Both the position numbers and the translations under genes were made by a program. Source: Synechococcales cyanobacterium VAR_4_metabat_354 (GTDB lineage Bacteria > Cyanobacteriota > Cyanobacteriia > Cyanobacteriales > Chamaesiphonaceae). From it: a DNA stretch of 64,000 bases. The stretch spans positions 1 through 64,000 of the forward strand of contig JANOQI010000048.1 in the NCBI GenBank assembly GCA_031414775.1, read 5' to 3'. Shown piece after piece: positions 9,592-19,993 of this stretch. Below the pieces are notes generated by a model that saw only the letters and a list, made by a program, of their open reading frames with translations, was not told the DNA's origin and made no database searches. The first letter of the stretch is position 1. Every line of letters begins with the position of its first letter.

Positions 9592-10119
9592 ATGTTTCTT
9601 CTGCGGTTAATCACGATCGCCAGTTTGGCCATCGTTCTGCTTATTATCTTTTTTTCTAACCTAGCACCAGCTTTACCGTTAGTGTTTCTGGGCAAAAGCA
9701 CCGTGCCAATTTCCTTAGGCATACTAGTTTTGGGTGCGATCGGAGCGGGCATAACGACCAGCTTGGTTTTGCGACTACTCATGTTTTGGCAACGGCCTCG
9801 GCCAAAGCGACCAGTAGAACCAGCTGAATTTTCCTATGAGCCACCCATTGATCAAGACTGGGAATCAGCACGTCGCCAGCAAAACAACGAAGAACCACCC
9901 CGCCGCCCAAATAAACGATCGGTTGCGCCAGACCCTGTCCCCGCAGCAGAATTCAATTATGTACCGCCCAATGACAGCGTGTATGATGCCAACTACCGGG
10001 TAATTAACCAACCCACCCCCCGCGATATCAAACCAGAAGTGGGGAGTAAGCTCCGATCGGACAGCGAAGATTGGGGATTTGATTTTGAAGACGAAGACGA
10101 GGACAAACCTGGCAAATGA
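9592..10119 (+). CDS. Membrane protein, LapA/DUF1049-like with acidic tail
   Basis: Two N-terminal TM segments, SVYDANYRVI motif, DWGFDF end. Confidence 0.7.
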   Translation: MFLLRLITIASLAIVLLIIFFSNLAPALPLVFLGKSTVPISLGILVLGAIGAGITTSLVLRLLMFWQRPRPKRPVEPAEFSYEPPIDQDWESARRQQNNEEPPRRPNKRSVAPDPVPAAEFNYVPPNDSVYDANYRVINQPTPRDIKPEVGSKLRSDSEDWGFDFEDEDEDKPGK

Positions 10120-10682
10120 CTGACAACTTAATTCCCGGCTTAAACAACTTAAACATCTACCTCATCGGCATGATGGGTTGTGGCAAATCCACCATCGGCC
10201 AATTGGTGGCCGAGCAACTGCAATATAAGTTCTTTGATACTGACCACTTGATTGAACAAGTTAGTAGGCAATCGGTTAATGATATTTTTGCGATGGCTGG
10301 GGAAGAAGAATTTAGATCGATCGAAGCCAAAGTTTTAGCGGAAATCTCGGCTTATACCAAATTAGTGGTAGCCACTGGCGGCGGCATCGTGTTGCGCCGC
10401 AGTAACTGGGGCTACCTCCGTCAGGGCTTAGTCATCTGGATTGACGTGCCAGCGGCGGTACTCTGGGAAAGATTAGCCGCCGATGATTCCCGCCCTTTAC
10501 TGCGCACCGCCAATCCCCAGTCCCAACTAAACCAGTTGCTAGAGAGTCGTCAGCAAAGGTATGCTGAGGCAGACTTACACATTACCGTCACCGCCGATCA
10601 AGCACCCCAATCGGTAGCTGCTGATATCTTGGCCAAAATCCCCACGGTACTCAAAGCCCCCCGACAATCTCCTGACTCATAG
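10116..10682 (+). CDS. aroK: Shikimate kinase
   Basis: GMMGCGKS P-loop, DTD, ATGGG, RPLL. Confidence 0.97.
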   Translation: MTDNLIPGLNNLNIYLIGMMGCGKSTIGQLVAEQLQYKFFDTDHLIEQVSRQSVNDIFAMAGEEEFRSIEAKVLAEISAYTKLVVATGGGIVLRRSNWGYLRQGLVIWIDVPAAVLWERLAADDSRPLLRTANPQSQLNQLLESRQQRYAEADLHITVTADQAPQSVAADILAKIPTVLKAPRQSPDS

Positions 10683-10715
10683 CTTTAAAATTTTGGTTTA
10701 TTGGTTTACTCAACT

Positions 10716-11621
10716 ATGGCGATCGATTCTCAAGCGAACAACGATACTGACCGGGTACGGGTGCTCAGTGAAGCCCTCCCCTACATCCAAAAGTTTGCTG
10801 GTCGCACAGTGGTGGTGAAATACGGCGGCGCTGCCATGAAAGATAGCGTGCTTAAAGATCAAGTGATGCGCGACATTGTGTTTCTGGCCTGTGTTGGCAT
10901 TCGCCCGATTATCGTCCACGGCGGTGGGCCAGAGATTAATACTTGGCTAGATAAATTGGGCATTGAACCCCAGTTTAAGGACGGTCTAAGAGTCACCGAT
11001 GCCGCCACTATGGAAGTAGTCGAAATGGTGTTGGTAGGCAAAGTCAACAAAGAAATCGTCTCTTTAATCAATCAGGCGGGGGGGAATGCGATCGGACTCT
11101 GCGGCAAAGATGCCAACTTAATCACTGCCCGCCCCGAAGGTCGGGAGGGCATTGGATTCGTGGGCGAAGTCAGCAATGTAAATGTAAGTATCTTAGAATC
11201 GCTGGTCAAGGATGGCTATATTCCAGTGGTTTCCAGTGTCGCCGCTGATGAGCAAGGTCAGTCTTACAACATCAATGCCGATACGGTAGCAGGCGAAATT
11301 GCTGCTGCTTTGGGTGCCGAAAAATTGATTTTGCTCACCGATACCCCCGGCCTGATGCGCGATTTCCACGATCCTAGCTCACTAATTCGACAGCTCGATA
11401 TTCCTCAAGGCCGCCAATTAGTGACCACTGGCATCGTCAGCGGCGGCATGATTCCGAAGCTGACTTGCTGCATTCGCAGCTTGGCACAAGGTGTAAAGTC
11501 TGCCCATATTGTGGATGGTCGGGTACCCCATTCTTTGTTACTAGAAATCCTGACAGATGCGGGCATTGGCACCATGATGGTCGCTTCTGGGCACAGTCGG
11601 CCAACTAACTATGAAATATGA
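10716..11621 (+). CDS. argB: Acetylglutamate kinase
   Basis: [25 protein letters not shown]. Confidence 0.98.
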   Translation: MAIDSQANNDTDRVRVLSEALPYIQKFAGRTVVVKYGGAAMKDSVLKDQVMRDIVFLACVGIRPIIVHGGGPEINTWLDKLGIEPQFKDGLRVTDAATMEVVEMVLVGKVNKEIVSLINQAGGNAIGLCGKDANLITARPEGREGIGFVGEVSNVNVSILESLVKDGYIPVVSSVAADEQGQSYNINADTVAGEIAAALGAEKLILLTDTPGLMRDFHDPSSLIRQLDIPQGRQLVTTGIVSGGMIPKLTCCIRSLAQGVKSAHIVDGRVPHSLLLEILTDAGIGTMMVASGHSRPTNYEI

Positions 11622-12136
11622 ATCCAGAAGAAACACCAAGCAATTATCTAACCGGCCAAGCGGCCTTTGAGCGAGGCGACTACCGGCAAGCTGTCCGTTG
11701 CCTAGAAACAGCCCTGGCCGACATCGAACCCCGATCGGCGATGGGTGGTGAAATTCAAATGTGGCTAGTCACGGCCTATGAAGCCAGTGGCAATCTACCG
11801 GCAGCGATCGATCTCTGCGTCAAACTTAATGCTCATCCCCACTTAGAAACTCGCCAAAAGAGCAAGCGCATTCTTTACATTCTGCAAGCACCCACCTTGG
11901 TGCGCCGGGAAGAATGGATTACCAAAATCCCCGATTTACAAGAATTAGAGAGCAATAGTAACTCCTCTGGCTCCACTGCCCCCCGCTCCAGTCGATCGAT
12001 GCTCCGCCGCAAACTACCACCGCCGCCACCAATCGATCCCAGCGAAATCAACACCAGTGACAACGGTTTTATTGCGATCATGCTGGTTGTGGGTACTGCC
12101 GTCCTCGGATGGCTGCTCCTGACTATGCGCGGCTAA
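11618..12136 (+). CDS. TPR-containing membrane-anchored protein
   Basis: [14 protein letters not shown], Pro-rich linker, C-terminal TM segment. Confidence 0.8.
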   Translation: MNPEETPSNYLTGQAAFERGDYRQAVRCLETALADIEPRSAMGGEIQMWLVTAYEASGNLPAAIDLCVKLNAHPHLETRQKSKRILYILQAPTLVRREEWITKIPDLQELESNSNSSGSTAPRSSRSMLRRKLPPPPPIDPSEINTSDNGFIAIMLVVGTAVLGWLLLTMRG

Positions 12137-12174
12137 GTTTGATACATTGGGGAAGTTGCAAGTGCTCACAACTC

Positions 12175-12852
12175 ATGTCCGCAATTAGTATTTTTTTAAA
12201 GCAACTGTTGCTGTTAGCGACTTTAGTGCTAACTCTCACTGGCTGTGTCAAGTACGACACCACTGTCAATTTCCAAAGCTTCAATGCTGGAGAATTGGTG
12301 CAGCACATCACCCTCGATCGCCAGTTTTATCAACTGAACCAATCCGCCATTGATATTTGGCTGCGATCGATCGAACAACGCACCAGCCAACTCCACGGCC
12401 AAGTCCAGAAAATTAGCGATCGGGAACTGACTGTGGTCATACCCTTTCGGACAGCCCCTGAGCTAGTCAGCAAGTTTAACCAGTTTTTTGCTAGCGATAA
12501 ACAACTACTAGCTTCCAAATTAGCTGTGACTCAAAACAACTTCTTGGTAGCCAGTCGCCATCAGCTCACTTATGATTTGGATTTGAGATCATTAGCCGCC
12601 GACAGCCCCGTCACCGGGGGCTTAAAATCAGATCAGAACAAACAACTAGACCTCCAGTTTGCTCTGAATGTCCCCAGAGTCATGAGCAACCACAATGGGC
12701 GCTGGCAACTCCAACCCGGTCAAATCAACCACCTGAGTACCGTTTTTTGGTTACCTAATCCGATCGGCATCGGTAGTCTGATCATTATTCTGTTCGTGGC
12801 GATCGGATATTTAGTTAAAAGTAAATTAGCGCCCATTATCACCGCATTGTAG
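12175..12852 (+). CDS. DUF3153-like lipoprotein
   Basis: Lipobox LTGC; WQLQPGQINHL..VFWLPNPIGIG C-terminal anchor. Confidence 0.75.
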   Translation: MSAISIFLKQLLLLATLVLTLTGCVKYDTTVNFQSFNAGELVQHITLDRQFYQLNQSAIDIWLRSIEQRTSQLHGQVQKISDRELTVVIPFRTAPELVSKFNQFFASDKQLLASKLAVTQNNFLVASRHQLTYDLDLRSLAADSPVTGGLKSDQNKQLDLQFALNVPRVMSNHNGRWQLQPGQINHLSTVFWLPNPIGIGSLIIILFVAIGYLVKSKLAPIITAL

Positions 12853-12854
12853 CT

Positions 12855-14309
12855 ATGTTAAAAAATCCATCCAAAAATCAACCCCTAACTTGGTACACCT
12901 GGGGGATGATCGGTATTTTTGTATTTTCTTTGTGCCTACGCTTTTGGGGTTTAGGACGCTTCAATTCTTTTGTTTTTGATGAAGTCTACTATGCCAAATT
13001 TGCCAACAATTATCTCACTCACACCAAGTTTTTTAATGCTCATCCGCCCCTCAGTCAATACATCATCGCCGTCGGAATTTGGCTAGGCGACATGCTCCCA
13101 ATCGGTCATGACACTGCTAATAATTTAACTGGTTCTTGGCGTAGTACCTTCAGCTATCGCTGGTTTAATGCTATTTTCGGCTCTTTCATCCCGATGATAG
13201 TAGGAGGAATTGCCTATCACTTAACTAAGCGCCCCAGCTACATGGTGATCGCAGCGGGCTTGATGGCATTAGATGGACTGTTCTTAGTAGATTCACGCTA
13301 TGCCCTAAACAATGTCTTTTTAGTGCTTTTCGGCATCCTGGGTCAGCTGTGGCTGCTGATGGGGCTAAGTGCTACTGGCTGGCGGAGGGCAGCCTTGGGC
13401 ATAGCATCTGGCCTATTTTTCGGGCTATCGATCGCTTGTAAATGGAATGGACTCTGGTTTTTATTAGGAATTTGGTTATTGCTGGGAGTGATCGTTGTTC
13501 ATCAGATTTTAACTCGTCGTCCCACTACTGAAATCCAGGATTTTCCTCAGGATACTGAACCTTCAATCTTAGTGAAACTAAGTCGTCTCCAAGCTTGGGA
13601 AATTCTCATTTATCTCCTAGTAGTGCCCGCCGTAGTCTATCTCGTCTCTTGGATTCCCCATTTACAACAAAATCCAACACCTAATCTTTGGGAGATGCAA
13701 GGCCAGATATTGCACTATCACGAAAAGATTGGTAACGGCAAAGCGGTGCATCCCTACTGCGCTAATTGGTATACCTGGCCTTTGATGCTACGGCCTTTAG
13801 CTTACTATTACCAGGTGGTAAAAACAGGCGGCACCAACAATCTAGACCAGATTTATGATGTTCATGCCATGGGTAATCCCTTTTTATGGTGGTTCGCCTT
13901 TGGGGTCATTGTAATGATGACCGGTCAGCTTTTCAACAGATTAATCACTGGTGTTTCCTGGGATCTCAGCCGTCATTATGTGGCACTGCCGATTTTCTTT
14001 TTAGCTAACTATGGTGCTAATTTGTTTCCGTGGATCAGAGTAACCCGCTGTGTTTATATTTATCATTACATGGGGTCACTAGTATTTGCGGTATTAGCTC
14101 TAGCCTGGTTGATCGATCGATGGCTGCATAGTGCTAGTCCAGAATTACGAGGCCGCGCTATCACGGCCATTTTCGTGGTGGCTGCGGCTTTTGTGTGGTG
14201 GCTACCAATTTATCTTGGTTTGCCGCTCAGTCCACCAGAGTTAGCTGGACGCATGTGGTTCAATGAAAATACTTGGAAGGCGATCGGTGAGATCTGGAAC
14301 TGGATTTAG
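12855..14309 (+). CDS. Phospholipid-carrier-dependent glycosyltransferase (protein O-mannosyltransferase family)
   Basis: FDEVYY, HPPL, KWNG, HPY...W..WP, YHY motifs; polytopic membrane protein. Confidence 0.9.
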   Translation: MLKNPSKNQPLTWYTWGMIGIFVFSLCLRFWGLGRFNSFVFDEVYYAKFANNYLTHTKFFNAHPPLSQYIIAVGIWLGDMLPIGHDTANNLTGSWRSTFSYRWFNAIFGSFIPMIVGGIAYHLTKRPSYMVIAAGLMALDGLFLVDSRYALNNVFLVLFGILGQLWLLMGLSATGWRRAALGIASGLFFGLSIACKWNGLWFLLGIWLLLGVIVVHQILTRRPTTEIQDFPQDTEPSILVKLSRLQAWEILIYLLVVPAVVYLVSWIPHLQQNPTPNLWEMQGQILHYHEKIGNGKAVHPYCANWYTWPLMLRPLAYYYQVVKTGGTNNLDQIYDVHAMGNPFLWWFAFGVIVMMTGQLFNRLITGVSWDLSRHYVALPIFFLANYGANLFPWIRVTRCVYIYHYMGSLVFAVLALAWLIDRWLHSASPELRGRAITAIFVVAAAFVWWLPIYLGLPLSPPELAGRMWFNENTWKAIGEIWNWI

Positions 14310-14324
14310 ATTGGTAAAATCCAA

Positions 14325-14657
14325 CTAAAATCTAATGCGGCCTCTAGTCAGTAATTGGTAACCACTTGTAAAAGCCAGCATCGAGACAAAAAATGTCCAC
14401 AAACTAGTAGGTTGTAGAACCACACCTCCACTGACAAACACCAAGACAATACCAATAGCAATTAAAATCCAGCCCCAGTTGCCCATAGTTTGTCGCCAAC
14501 AAGTCAGTGAGCAAATACCCGCTAATAATGCCAGGACTGATACTGCAGCTGGTGTTTCTCGCCACCAAATACTGTAGTAAGACGAAGTGAAAATGATATT
14601 TTGCCCCAAAAAATACATACTGGTAATAATTAAAGCCAATCCTAAAATTGTAGACAT
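14325..14657 (-). CDS. Small membrane protein
   Basis: 110 aa with 4 TM segments. Confidence 0.75.
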   Translation of the reverse strand: MSTILGLALIITSMYFLGQNIIFTSSYYSIWWRETPAAVSVLALLAGICSLTCWRQTMGNWGWILIAIGIVLVFVSGGVVLQPTSLWTFFVSMLAFTSGYQLLTRGRIRF

Positions 14658-14756
14658 CTGCGCTTAATTCCTGAAAAATAGGGTCACATAAGTGGTGTAC
14701 AGCTAAAATACCCAAAGTGAACAATATATTTGATATTTGAAAGAATCAGGGTTGAC

Positions 14757-15296
14757 ATGTTTCCTTGTGAGTTAAATAATCGACATACTTTGCGGCTAAT
14801 ATGCCCTGATGATGCGGCGGAACTATTTGCCCTAACTGATACCAACCGAGAGTATTTGCGACAATGGTTGCCTTGGCTCGATCGAACAAAATCAGTTGAC
14901 GATACCGAAAAATTCATTGATTTTGTTCTGAGCCAACATGCTTCCCAGCAAAGTCTAATCTTGATGATTCTCTATGATGGGGTGATCGCAGGAGTAGTCG
15001 GCCATAACAAAATCGATCAGCTAAATCGCATTGGCTATATTGGTTATTGGCTGGGAGCAGCTTACCAAAGAAAAGGTTTAATGACGACTTCTTGTCAGGC
15101 ACTAATTGCATATAGTTTCACAACACTCAACCTCGATCGCCTGATCATTGCCTGTGCCACCAAAAATCACCAAAGCCGTGCCATTCCAGAGAGACTAGGC
15201 TTCATCCATGAAAGTACTATTCCGAATGTCGAATGGCTGTACGATCGCTTTGTTGATCACGAAATCTATGCGTTGATTTGCCCCCCAAATCAATAA
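14757..15296 (+). CDS. GNAT acetyltransferase, RimL/YdaF-like
   Basis: LRQWLPW, IGYWL...YQRKGLMT, N..SRAIPERLGF. Confidence 0.9.
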   Translation: MFPCELNNRHTLRLICPDDAAELFALTDTNREYLRQWLPWLDRTKSVDDTEKFIDFVLSQHASQQSLILMILYDGVIAGVVGHNKIDQLNRIGYIGYWLGAAYQRKGLMTTSCQALIAYSFTTLNLDRLIIACATKNHQSRAIPERLGFIHESTIPNVEWLYDRFVDHEIYALICPPNQ

Positions 15297-15299
15297 CTA

Positions 15300-16652
15300 C
15301 TAGTGGTTAATCTCAGTTGATGTGATGGCATGGAAGTGTAAATGATTATGTGCATCCTGGCTCACTGATTGTCTATGACCGTGATGATGGTGTTCATTGT
15401 GTTGGTGGTCGTGTTCATGCCACTGTCCGCTTTCTACATCAGTTAGTCGATGTGGCTGGAGAGCAACATACACCACAACGAATAAGGACAAGCCCATTAA
15501 GCTACTGTAGAAAAAATTATGGGTAGGCGAATGACTACCGATCCATCCGGCCAAGGGATAAGCAAATGCCCACCACAAATGACTCCAGGCAAAATGAGCG
15601 CCATAGACTCGTCCTTGCACCTCAACGGCTACTCGATCGGCAATCAAAGTTTGAGTCGTTACATTCACCAGTGTTTGACCAACACCAGCGACCGCCCATA
15701 GTAGCAACAATCCACCCAGGTTGACTAGATTTGCTGGTAACAGAGCTAGCGTGATCAAAACAGCTCCGCCACTAGTCAACAAAACAGGACTGATTTTCTG
15801 TTGAAGATTGCCTAATCCGATCGATGCCAACGTGGCTCCAATCCCAAATGCTGCCATCACCCAACCATATTCAATCTTGCCAAAATGCAACGAGCCTTGG
15901 ACATAACCAACCGTGTTGACCAAGATTTCGGCGCCAGCGATCGAAGTGACTAGTTGAAGGGCTAGGGCATAGCGAATTGGTGGGTCGGCAAACAGACAAG
16001 TCGTGCCAGCACGAATATCGGCGATGGTTTTATCAATTGTTTTTGTTGCGGCATGGTTCTGGGGCACGATCAATTGCCCGGGCAAAGTCACAATTAGCAT
16101 CGCCGCAATTAAAAAGGTCAGGCCATCCAAGAAAAAGACCTCTCTGGTACCGACAAAAGCTGCCATACTACCTGCTAAACCAGGTCCTAATACCCCCAGA
16201 AGCTGATAAGTGGCACTGGAGAGCGCGATCGATCGAGAACGTTCTGCCTCGGTAGTGACCAATGGAATAGTGGCTGTGTAGGTAGGGGCAAAAAACGCAT
16301 AAAACACATTGAGAGATAATACGATTGCATAGATTTGCCAGACTTGGTTAACAAAAGGCAGCAGGCAGACAATTCCCATCCGCGCTAAGTGTGTCGTCAC
16401 CATCAAATACTTGCGATCGATCCGATCGGCTATCACACCGGCAATGGGAGACAACACGACAAAAGCTAGCACCCGCAGCGTTAGCGCCCCAGCCAAAACC
16501 GTTCCGGCCTGTTCTCCAGCCAGCTCAAAGGCCAATAATGCCAATCCTAGCCAAGTGAGCGCATCTCCCACCAGATTAATGGTCTGGGCTAAATACAGTC
16601 GGGCAAAGATGGGATTTTCTAAGCCTTGCAACCATCCTGGACGCTGTTTCAT
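15300..16652 (-). CDS. MFS transporter, NreB/NrsD-type nickel efflux with His-rich tail
   Basis: 12-TM MFS; GAHFAWSHLWW motif; C-terminal HEHDHQHNEHHHHGH...HNHLHFH. Confidence 0.88.
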   Translation of the reverse strand: MKQRPGWLQGLENPIFARLYLAQTINLVGDALTWLGLALLAFELAGEQAGTVLAGALTLRVLAFVVLSPIAGVIADRIDRKYLMVTTHLARMGIVCLLPFVNQVWQIYAIVLSLNVFYAFFAPTYTATIPLVTTEAERSRSIALSSATYQLLGVLGPGLAGSMAAFVGTREVFFLDGLTFLIAAMLIVTLPGQLIVPQNHAATKTIDKTIADIRAGTTCLFADPPIRYALALQLVTSIAGAEILVNTVGYVQGSLHFGKIEYGWVMAAFGIGATLASIGLGNLQQKISPVLLTSGGAVLITLALLPANLVNLGGLLLLWAVAGVGQTLVNVTTQTLIADRVAVEVQGRVYGAHFAWSHLWWAFAYPLAGWIGSHSPTHNFFYSSLMGLSLFVVVYVALQPHRLTDVESGQWHEHDHQHNEHHHHGHRQSVSQDAHNHLHFHAITSTEINH

Positions 16653-16692
16653 GTTTCAATTAAAAAAGCTTTCACCTCCAGGATAGAGCGTA

Positions 16693-17169
16693 TTAGGCTA
16701 CTAAAGAATCTAGATTTTTACTCATTAAAGCATTGGACAAAACCACGCCCTGAATTACTGGAAAGCACTGTTCGATGACCGAAAATTCAAATTTCGTAAA
16801 AAATGGTTGCGCAGTGAGACTAACATGAGAAGTGAGAATAGTAATGCCTTGGGCGGTAGCAAATTGATGAATGTGGTTCATCAGCATCGAGCCAACTCCT
16901 TGTCTAGCAACAGCACCAGCCACAAAGAAGTGATCAATGTAACCACTAGATTGGACATCGGCATAAGCCACGATCTGACCAGCGATTTCTACTACAAATG
17001 GTTTGATGCTGCACATTCGGTAGACCCATTTATCTCGATCGATCTCCGCTGGTGCCCAGGCATTAATTTGTTCTGGGGTGTAATCTTGATGGGCAATCTC
17101 ATGAATGGCTGAGAAGAAGACCTGATACAGGGCTAATTCATCACCAATGCGAAATTCTCGAATTATCAT
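16693..17169 (-). CDS. GNAT acetyltransferase, YafP-like
   Basis: DYTPEQINAWAP, GYIDHFFV...ARQGVGS, SLTAQPFF. Confidence 0.88.
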   Translation of the reverse strand: MIIREFRIGDELALYQVFFSAIHEIAHQDYTPEQINAWAPAEIDRDKWVYRMCSIKPFVVEIAGQIVAYADVQSSGYIDHFFVAGAVARQGVGSMLMNHIHQFATAQGITILTSHVSLTAQPFFTKFEFSVIEQCFPVIQGVVLSNALMSKNLDSLVA

Positions 17170-17210
17170 AAAAAAACTGAGCTAAAATAGGATAGATGCA
17201 CAGGAAGACG

Positions 17211-17315
17211 ATGCTGATGATCTCAACTATTGCTGAGTGGAGAATCGACCAGTATCACGAATTAGTTGCTACTGATATTTTAGACGACCGACGGGTGGAA
17301 CTATTAGCCGGTTAA
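17211..17315 (+). pseudogene. Uma2 (DUF820) endonuclease N-terminal remnant
   Basis: Manual translation MLMISTIAEWRIDQYHELVATDILDDRRVELLAG* matches the typical Uma2 start (W...YH....G.L.D.RVELL.G), then stops. Confidence 0.75.
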
Positions 17316-17320
17316 TAACT

Positions 17321-17689
17321 ATGAATAATAAAGACAAACTCCTGTGTGCTACCTACGCATTGATTGCCCTAGTAGCATTGCCAGCTACCTGGATAAATAA
17401 TCTTGCTTTCATGACCCAGTCTGACCATTCTTCTATGGCAGACTTTTTTCAGGCAGCCTATGTGAATGCGGCAGCAGCCTCACTTTCCAACGATCTGTTC
17501 TTAACGGCTCTTGCTGCTTGTATTTTTATGGCAATCGAAGGTCGGCGGGTCGGGGTTCGTTATGTATGGCTGTACATTTTACTATCGGCTTTAATTGCAA
17601 TTAGCGTGACCTTTCCATTGTTTCTGCTGGCTAGACAAATCAAGATTTTTCAAGAGCAGCCACAAAATAATCGTGTTCAGACAAGTTGA
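17321..17689 (+). CDS. DUF2834-like membrane protein
   Basis: F..AYVN.AAASLSNDL, EGRR.G.RY.WLY, IAISVTFPLFL..R. Confidence 0.75.
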   Translation: MNNKDKLLCATYALIALVALPATWINNLAFMTQSDHSSMADFFQAAYVNAAAASLSNDLFLTALAACIFMAIEGRRVGVRYVWLYILLSALIAISVTFPLFLLARQIKIFQEQPQNNRVQTS

Positions 17690-17719
17690 TCCATCGCTAA
17701 AGTTACCCAATCAGTGGCT

Positions 17720-18142
17720 CTAAGATGACGAAGAATTGAGAAGTAAATAAGGTTCGAGATCTGCCCAGGCTTGCTGTTCTAAGAGTCCGATCGACACTTC
17801 TATGCCGCCTTCCCGCAAGATTTGAATTCCGGCTCCAGCATTGCGTGGGTCAGGGTCGAGCATTGCTACAAATACTTGTTTGATACCACTGGCAACCAAG
17901 GCGTGAGCGCAAGATGGGGTTCTGCCCTGAAATGAACAAGGTTCTAAAGTGACGTAAGCTGCGATCAATGAAAGGTCGCCGGAAATTTGGGATAGTGCCA
18001 TTGCTTCGGCGTGCTTCTGGCCAGGGGGCTGAGTGTGCCCGCGTGCAACAACTATTCCATCTTGGACTAGTACACAACCGACGGGTGGATTGGGTAAGCA
18101 GAGCGGCAGAGCTTTTCTGCCATCAAATAAGGCTGCTTGCAT
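17720..18142 (-). CDS. Stand-alone RibD-type zinc deaminase domain
   Basis: PNPPVGCV, HAE, YVTLEPCS..GRTPSC, DPDPR; no reductase domain. Start uncertain (the ORF is open to 18229). Confidence 0.8.
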   Translation of the reverse strand: MQAALFDGRKALPLCLPNPPVGCVLVQDGIVVARGHTQPPGQKHAEAMALSQISGDLSLIAAYVTLEPCSFQGRTPSCAHALVASGIKQVFVAMLDPDPRNAGAGIQILREGGIEVSIGLLEQQAWADLEPYLLLNSSSS

Positions 18143-18319
18143 AAATTTTATGGCAATTGTCAAGTGTTTTGATTTCCTTGCAGCATAACTGCGGATACAA
18201 GTTTTTGACTGGATTACCCTTGAGTACACGCAGTCGCACAGGTTTATTAACTGTAGTTGCTGATTGAAGAACTGTTTTAATCATACTGATATGCTACAAA
18301 TTCTCAAATAGGTCTAATG

Positions 18320-18333
18320 GTAGCTTGTGCTAC
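18320..18333. promoter_or_regulatory. Putative NtcA-binding site
   Basis: GTAGCTTGTGCTAC = GTA-N8-TAC palindrome between divergent genes. TAGCAT lies 23 nt downstream on the minus strand; TATAAT lies 25 nt downstream on the plus strand. Confidence 0.55.
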
Positions 18334-18452
18334 ATTCTTTCTAATAACAGCGTGTCAGTATAATTTCATATTGTGCTCAAAATAGTCTAAAAGGCAGAAC
18401 CCTCAAGAGCTAAAATATTCGTGGATCAAACCTTTGTACTTTCGAGGTCAAT

Positions 18453-19535
18453 ATGGAAATCGGTGTCCCCAAAGAAACTAAAGATCAAGAGTTTCGTGTG
18501 GGCTTAATGCCCAGCACTGTGCGGATGTTGGTCGAGCAAGGACATCAAGTACTGGTGGAAGCTGATGCTGGTAGAGGTTCAGGGTTTTCAGATGGAGACT
18601 ACCAGCTGGCCGGAGCCACTACCACCACCGCCACCATTGCCTGGCAACAGCAACTTATCGTTAAGGTAAAAGAACCGCTAGAGAGTGAATATGGTTATTT
18701 ACAACATGGCCAGTTGCTTTTTACCTACTTACACTTGGCGGCTGGTCGTCAGTTGACTGAGCAGTTGATGCACAGTGGGGTGCAAGCGATTGCCTACGAA
18801 TCAGTAGAATCTGTTGATCATCGTTTCCCTTTGCTTACTCCCATGAGTGTGATTGCTGGCCGTTTGGCGGTGCAGTTTGGGGCAAGGTTTTTAGAAATTC
18901 AGCAGGGTGGTAGTGGGGTGCTGCTCAGCGGGGTGCCAGGAGTGAGTCCCGGTAAAGTGACAATTCTGGGCGGTGGTATTGTTGGTACAGAAGCGGCGCG
19001 GATAGCGATCGGACTTGGTGCCAATGTCCAAATCTTAGACGTGAATGTCGATCGACTATCTTACCTAGAAAATCTGTTTGGAGCGCGAGTTAATTATCTG
19101 TACAGCAACAGTAACAATATTGAAACGGCGGTGATTGATGCTGATTTAGTGATTGGCGGTGTGTTGATTCCTGGCAAACGGCCACCGACTTTGGTCACCA
19201 AACAACTAGTGAAACAAATGCGACCTGGTTCAGTGTTGATTGATGTGGCAGTCGATCAGGGCGGCTGTATGGAAACCCTGCGACCGACTTCTCATAGTCA
19301 TCCGGTTTACACTGAATACGATGTAGTGCACTATGGTGTGCCTAATATGCCTGGTGCTGTACCTCGAACGGCTACCCAGGCTTTGAATAATGCTACTACT
19401 CCTTATGTTTTGCAGTTAGCTAACTACGGGATGGCAGCGCTTGACCGTAACCCTGGGTTGGCAACTGGCCTAAATGTTAGCAATGGCAAATTAATTCATC
19501 CCGCAGTGTGTCAGGAGTTTCCTGATTTAGCCTAG
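18453..19535 (+). CDS. ald: Alanine dehydrogenase
   Basis: [41 protein letters not shown]. Confidence 0.97.
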   Translation: MEIGVPKETKDQEFRVGLMPSTVRMLVEQGHQVLVEADAGRGSGFSDGDYQLAGATTTTATIAWQQQLIVKVKEPLESEYGYLQHGQLLFTYLHLAAGRQLTEQLMHSGVQAIAYESVESVDHRFPLLTPMSVIAGRLAVQFGARFLEIQQGGSGVLLSGVPGVSPGKVTILGGGIVGTEAARIAIGLGANVQILDVNVDRLSYLENLFGARVNYLYSNSNNIETAVIDADLVIGGVLIPGKRPPTLVTKQLVKQMRPGSVLIDVAVDQGGCMETLRPTSHSHPVYTEYDVVHYGVPNMPGAVPRTATQALNNATTPYVLQLANYGMAALDRNPGLATGLNVSNGKLIHPAVCQEFPDLA

Positions 19536-19794
19536 AACCTCACCGAAGAATCAATAACAGAATTTCAGGATTACCACTATAAACCATGGCCATCAGAAGA
19601 ATTATTCGCAGATTGAGTGAATTTCAGACCAAATATTTTACCAGTCATCAAGAATTATGATGTTAGAACTATAATAACTATCATCAGAGTTGCCGTTGGT
19701 GAATGATTGGTTGAAGTACCATGCGGAGTCTACTGGACTGTTGTTGGCCGAGAACTACCCGGAAACTACGGGAGAAGAACTGCTGCTTAAGTAA

Positions 19795-19974
19795 TTACTG
19801 GAGGGGCTGACATTTACCGGCTCGAATCAGGCCAATACGTTTAGCGATCGCTTCTTCCCGCGAGGCATAAGGTCCCCACTTCGTAGTGACAGTCGTAGGG
19901 TCAACATCATCAGCAGTGATTTGACAGGTGCCATCAGCGACTTTCATAATATACCAGGTTGAATTTTCGCTCAT
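19795..19974 (-). CDS. Small conserved cyanobacterial hypothetical protein (59 aa)
   Basis: MSENSTWYIMK..DGTCQI...WGPY.SREEAIAKRIGLIRAGKCQP; GAGG RBS upstream. Confidence 0.75.
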   Translation of the reverse strand: MSENSTWYIMKVADGTCQITADDVDPTTVTTKWGPYASREEAIAKRIGLIRAGKCQPLQ

Positions 19975-19993
19975 ATTACCTCGATAGTTGTAA

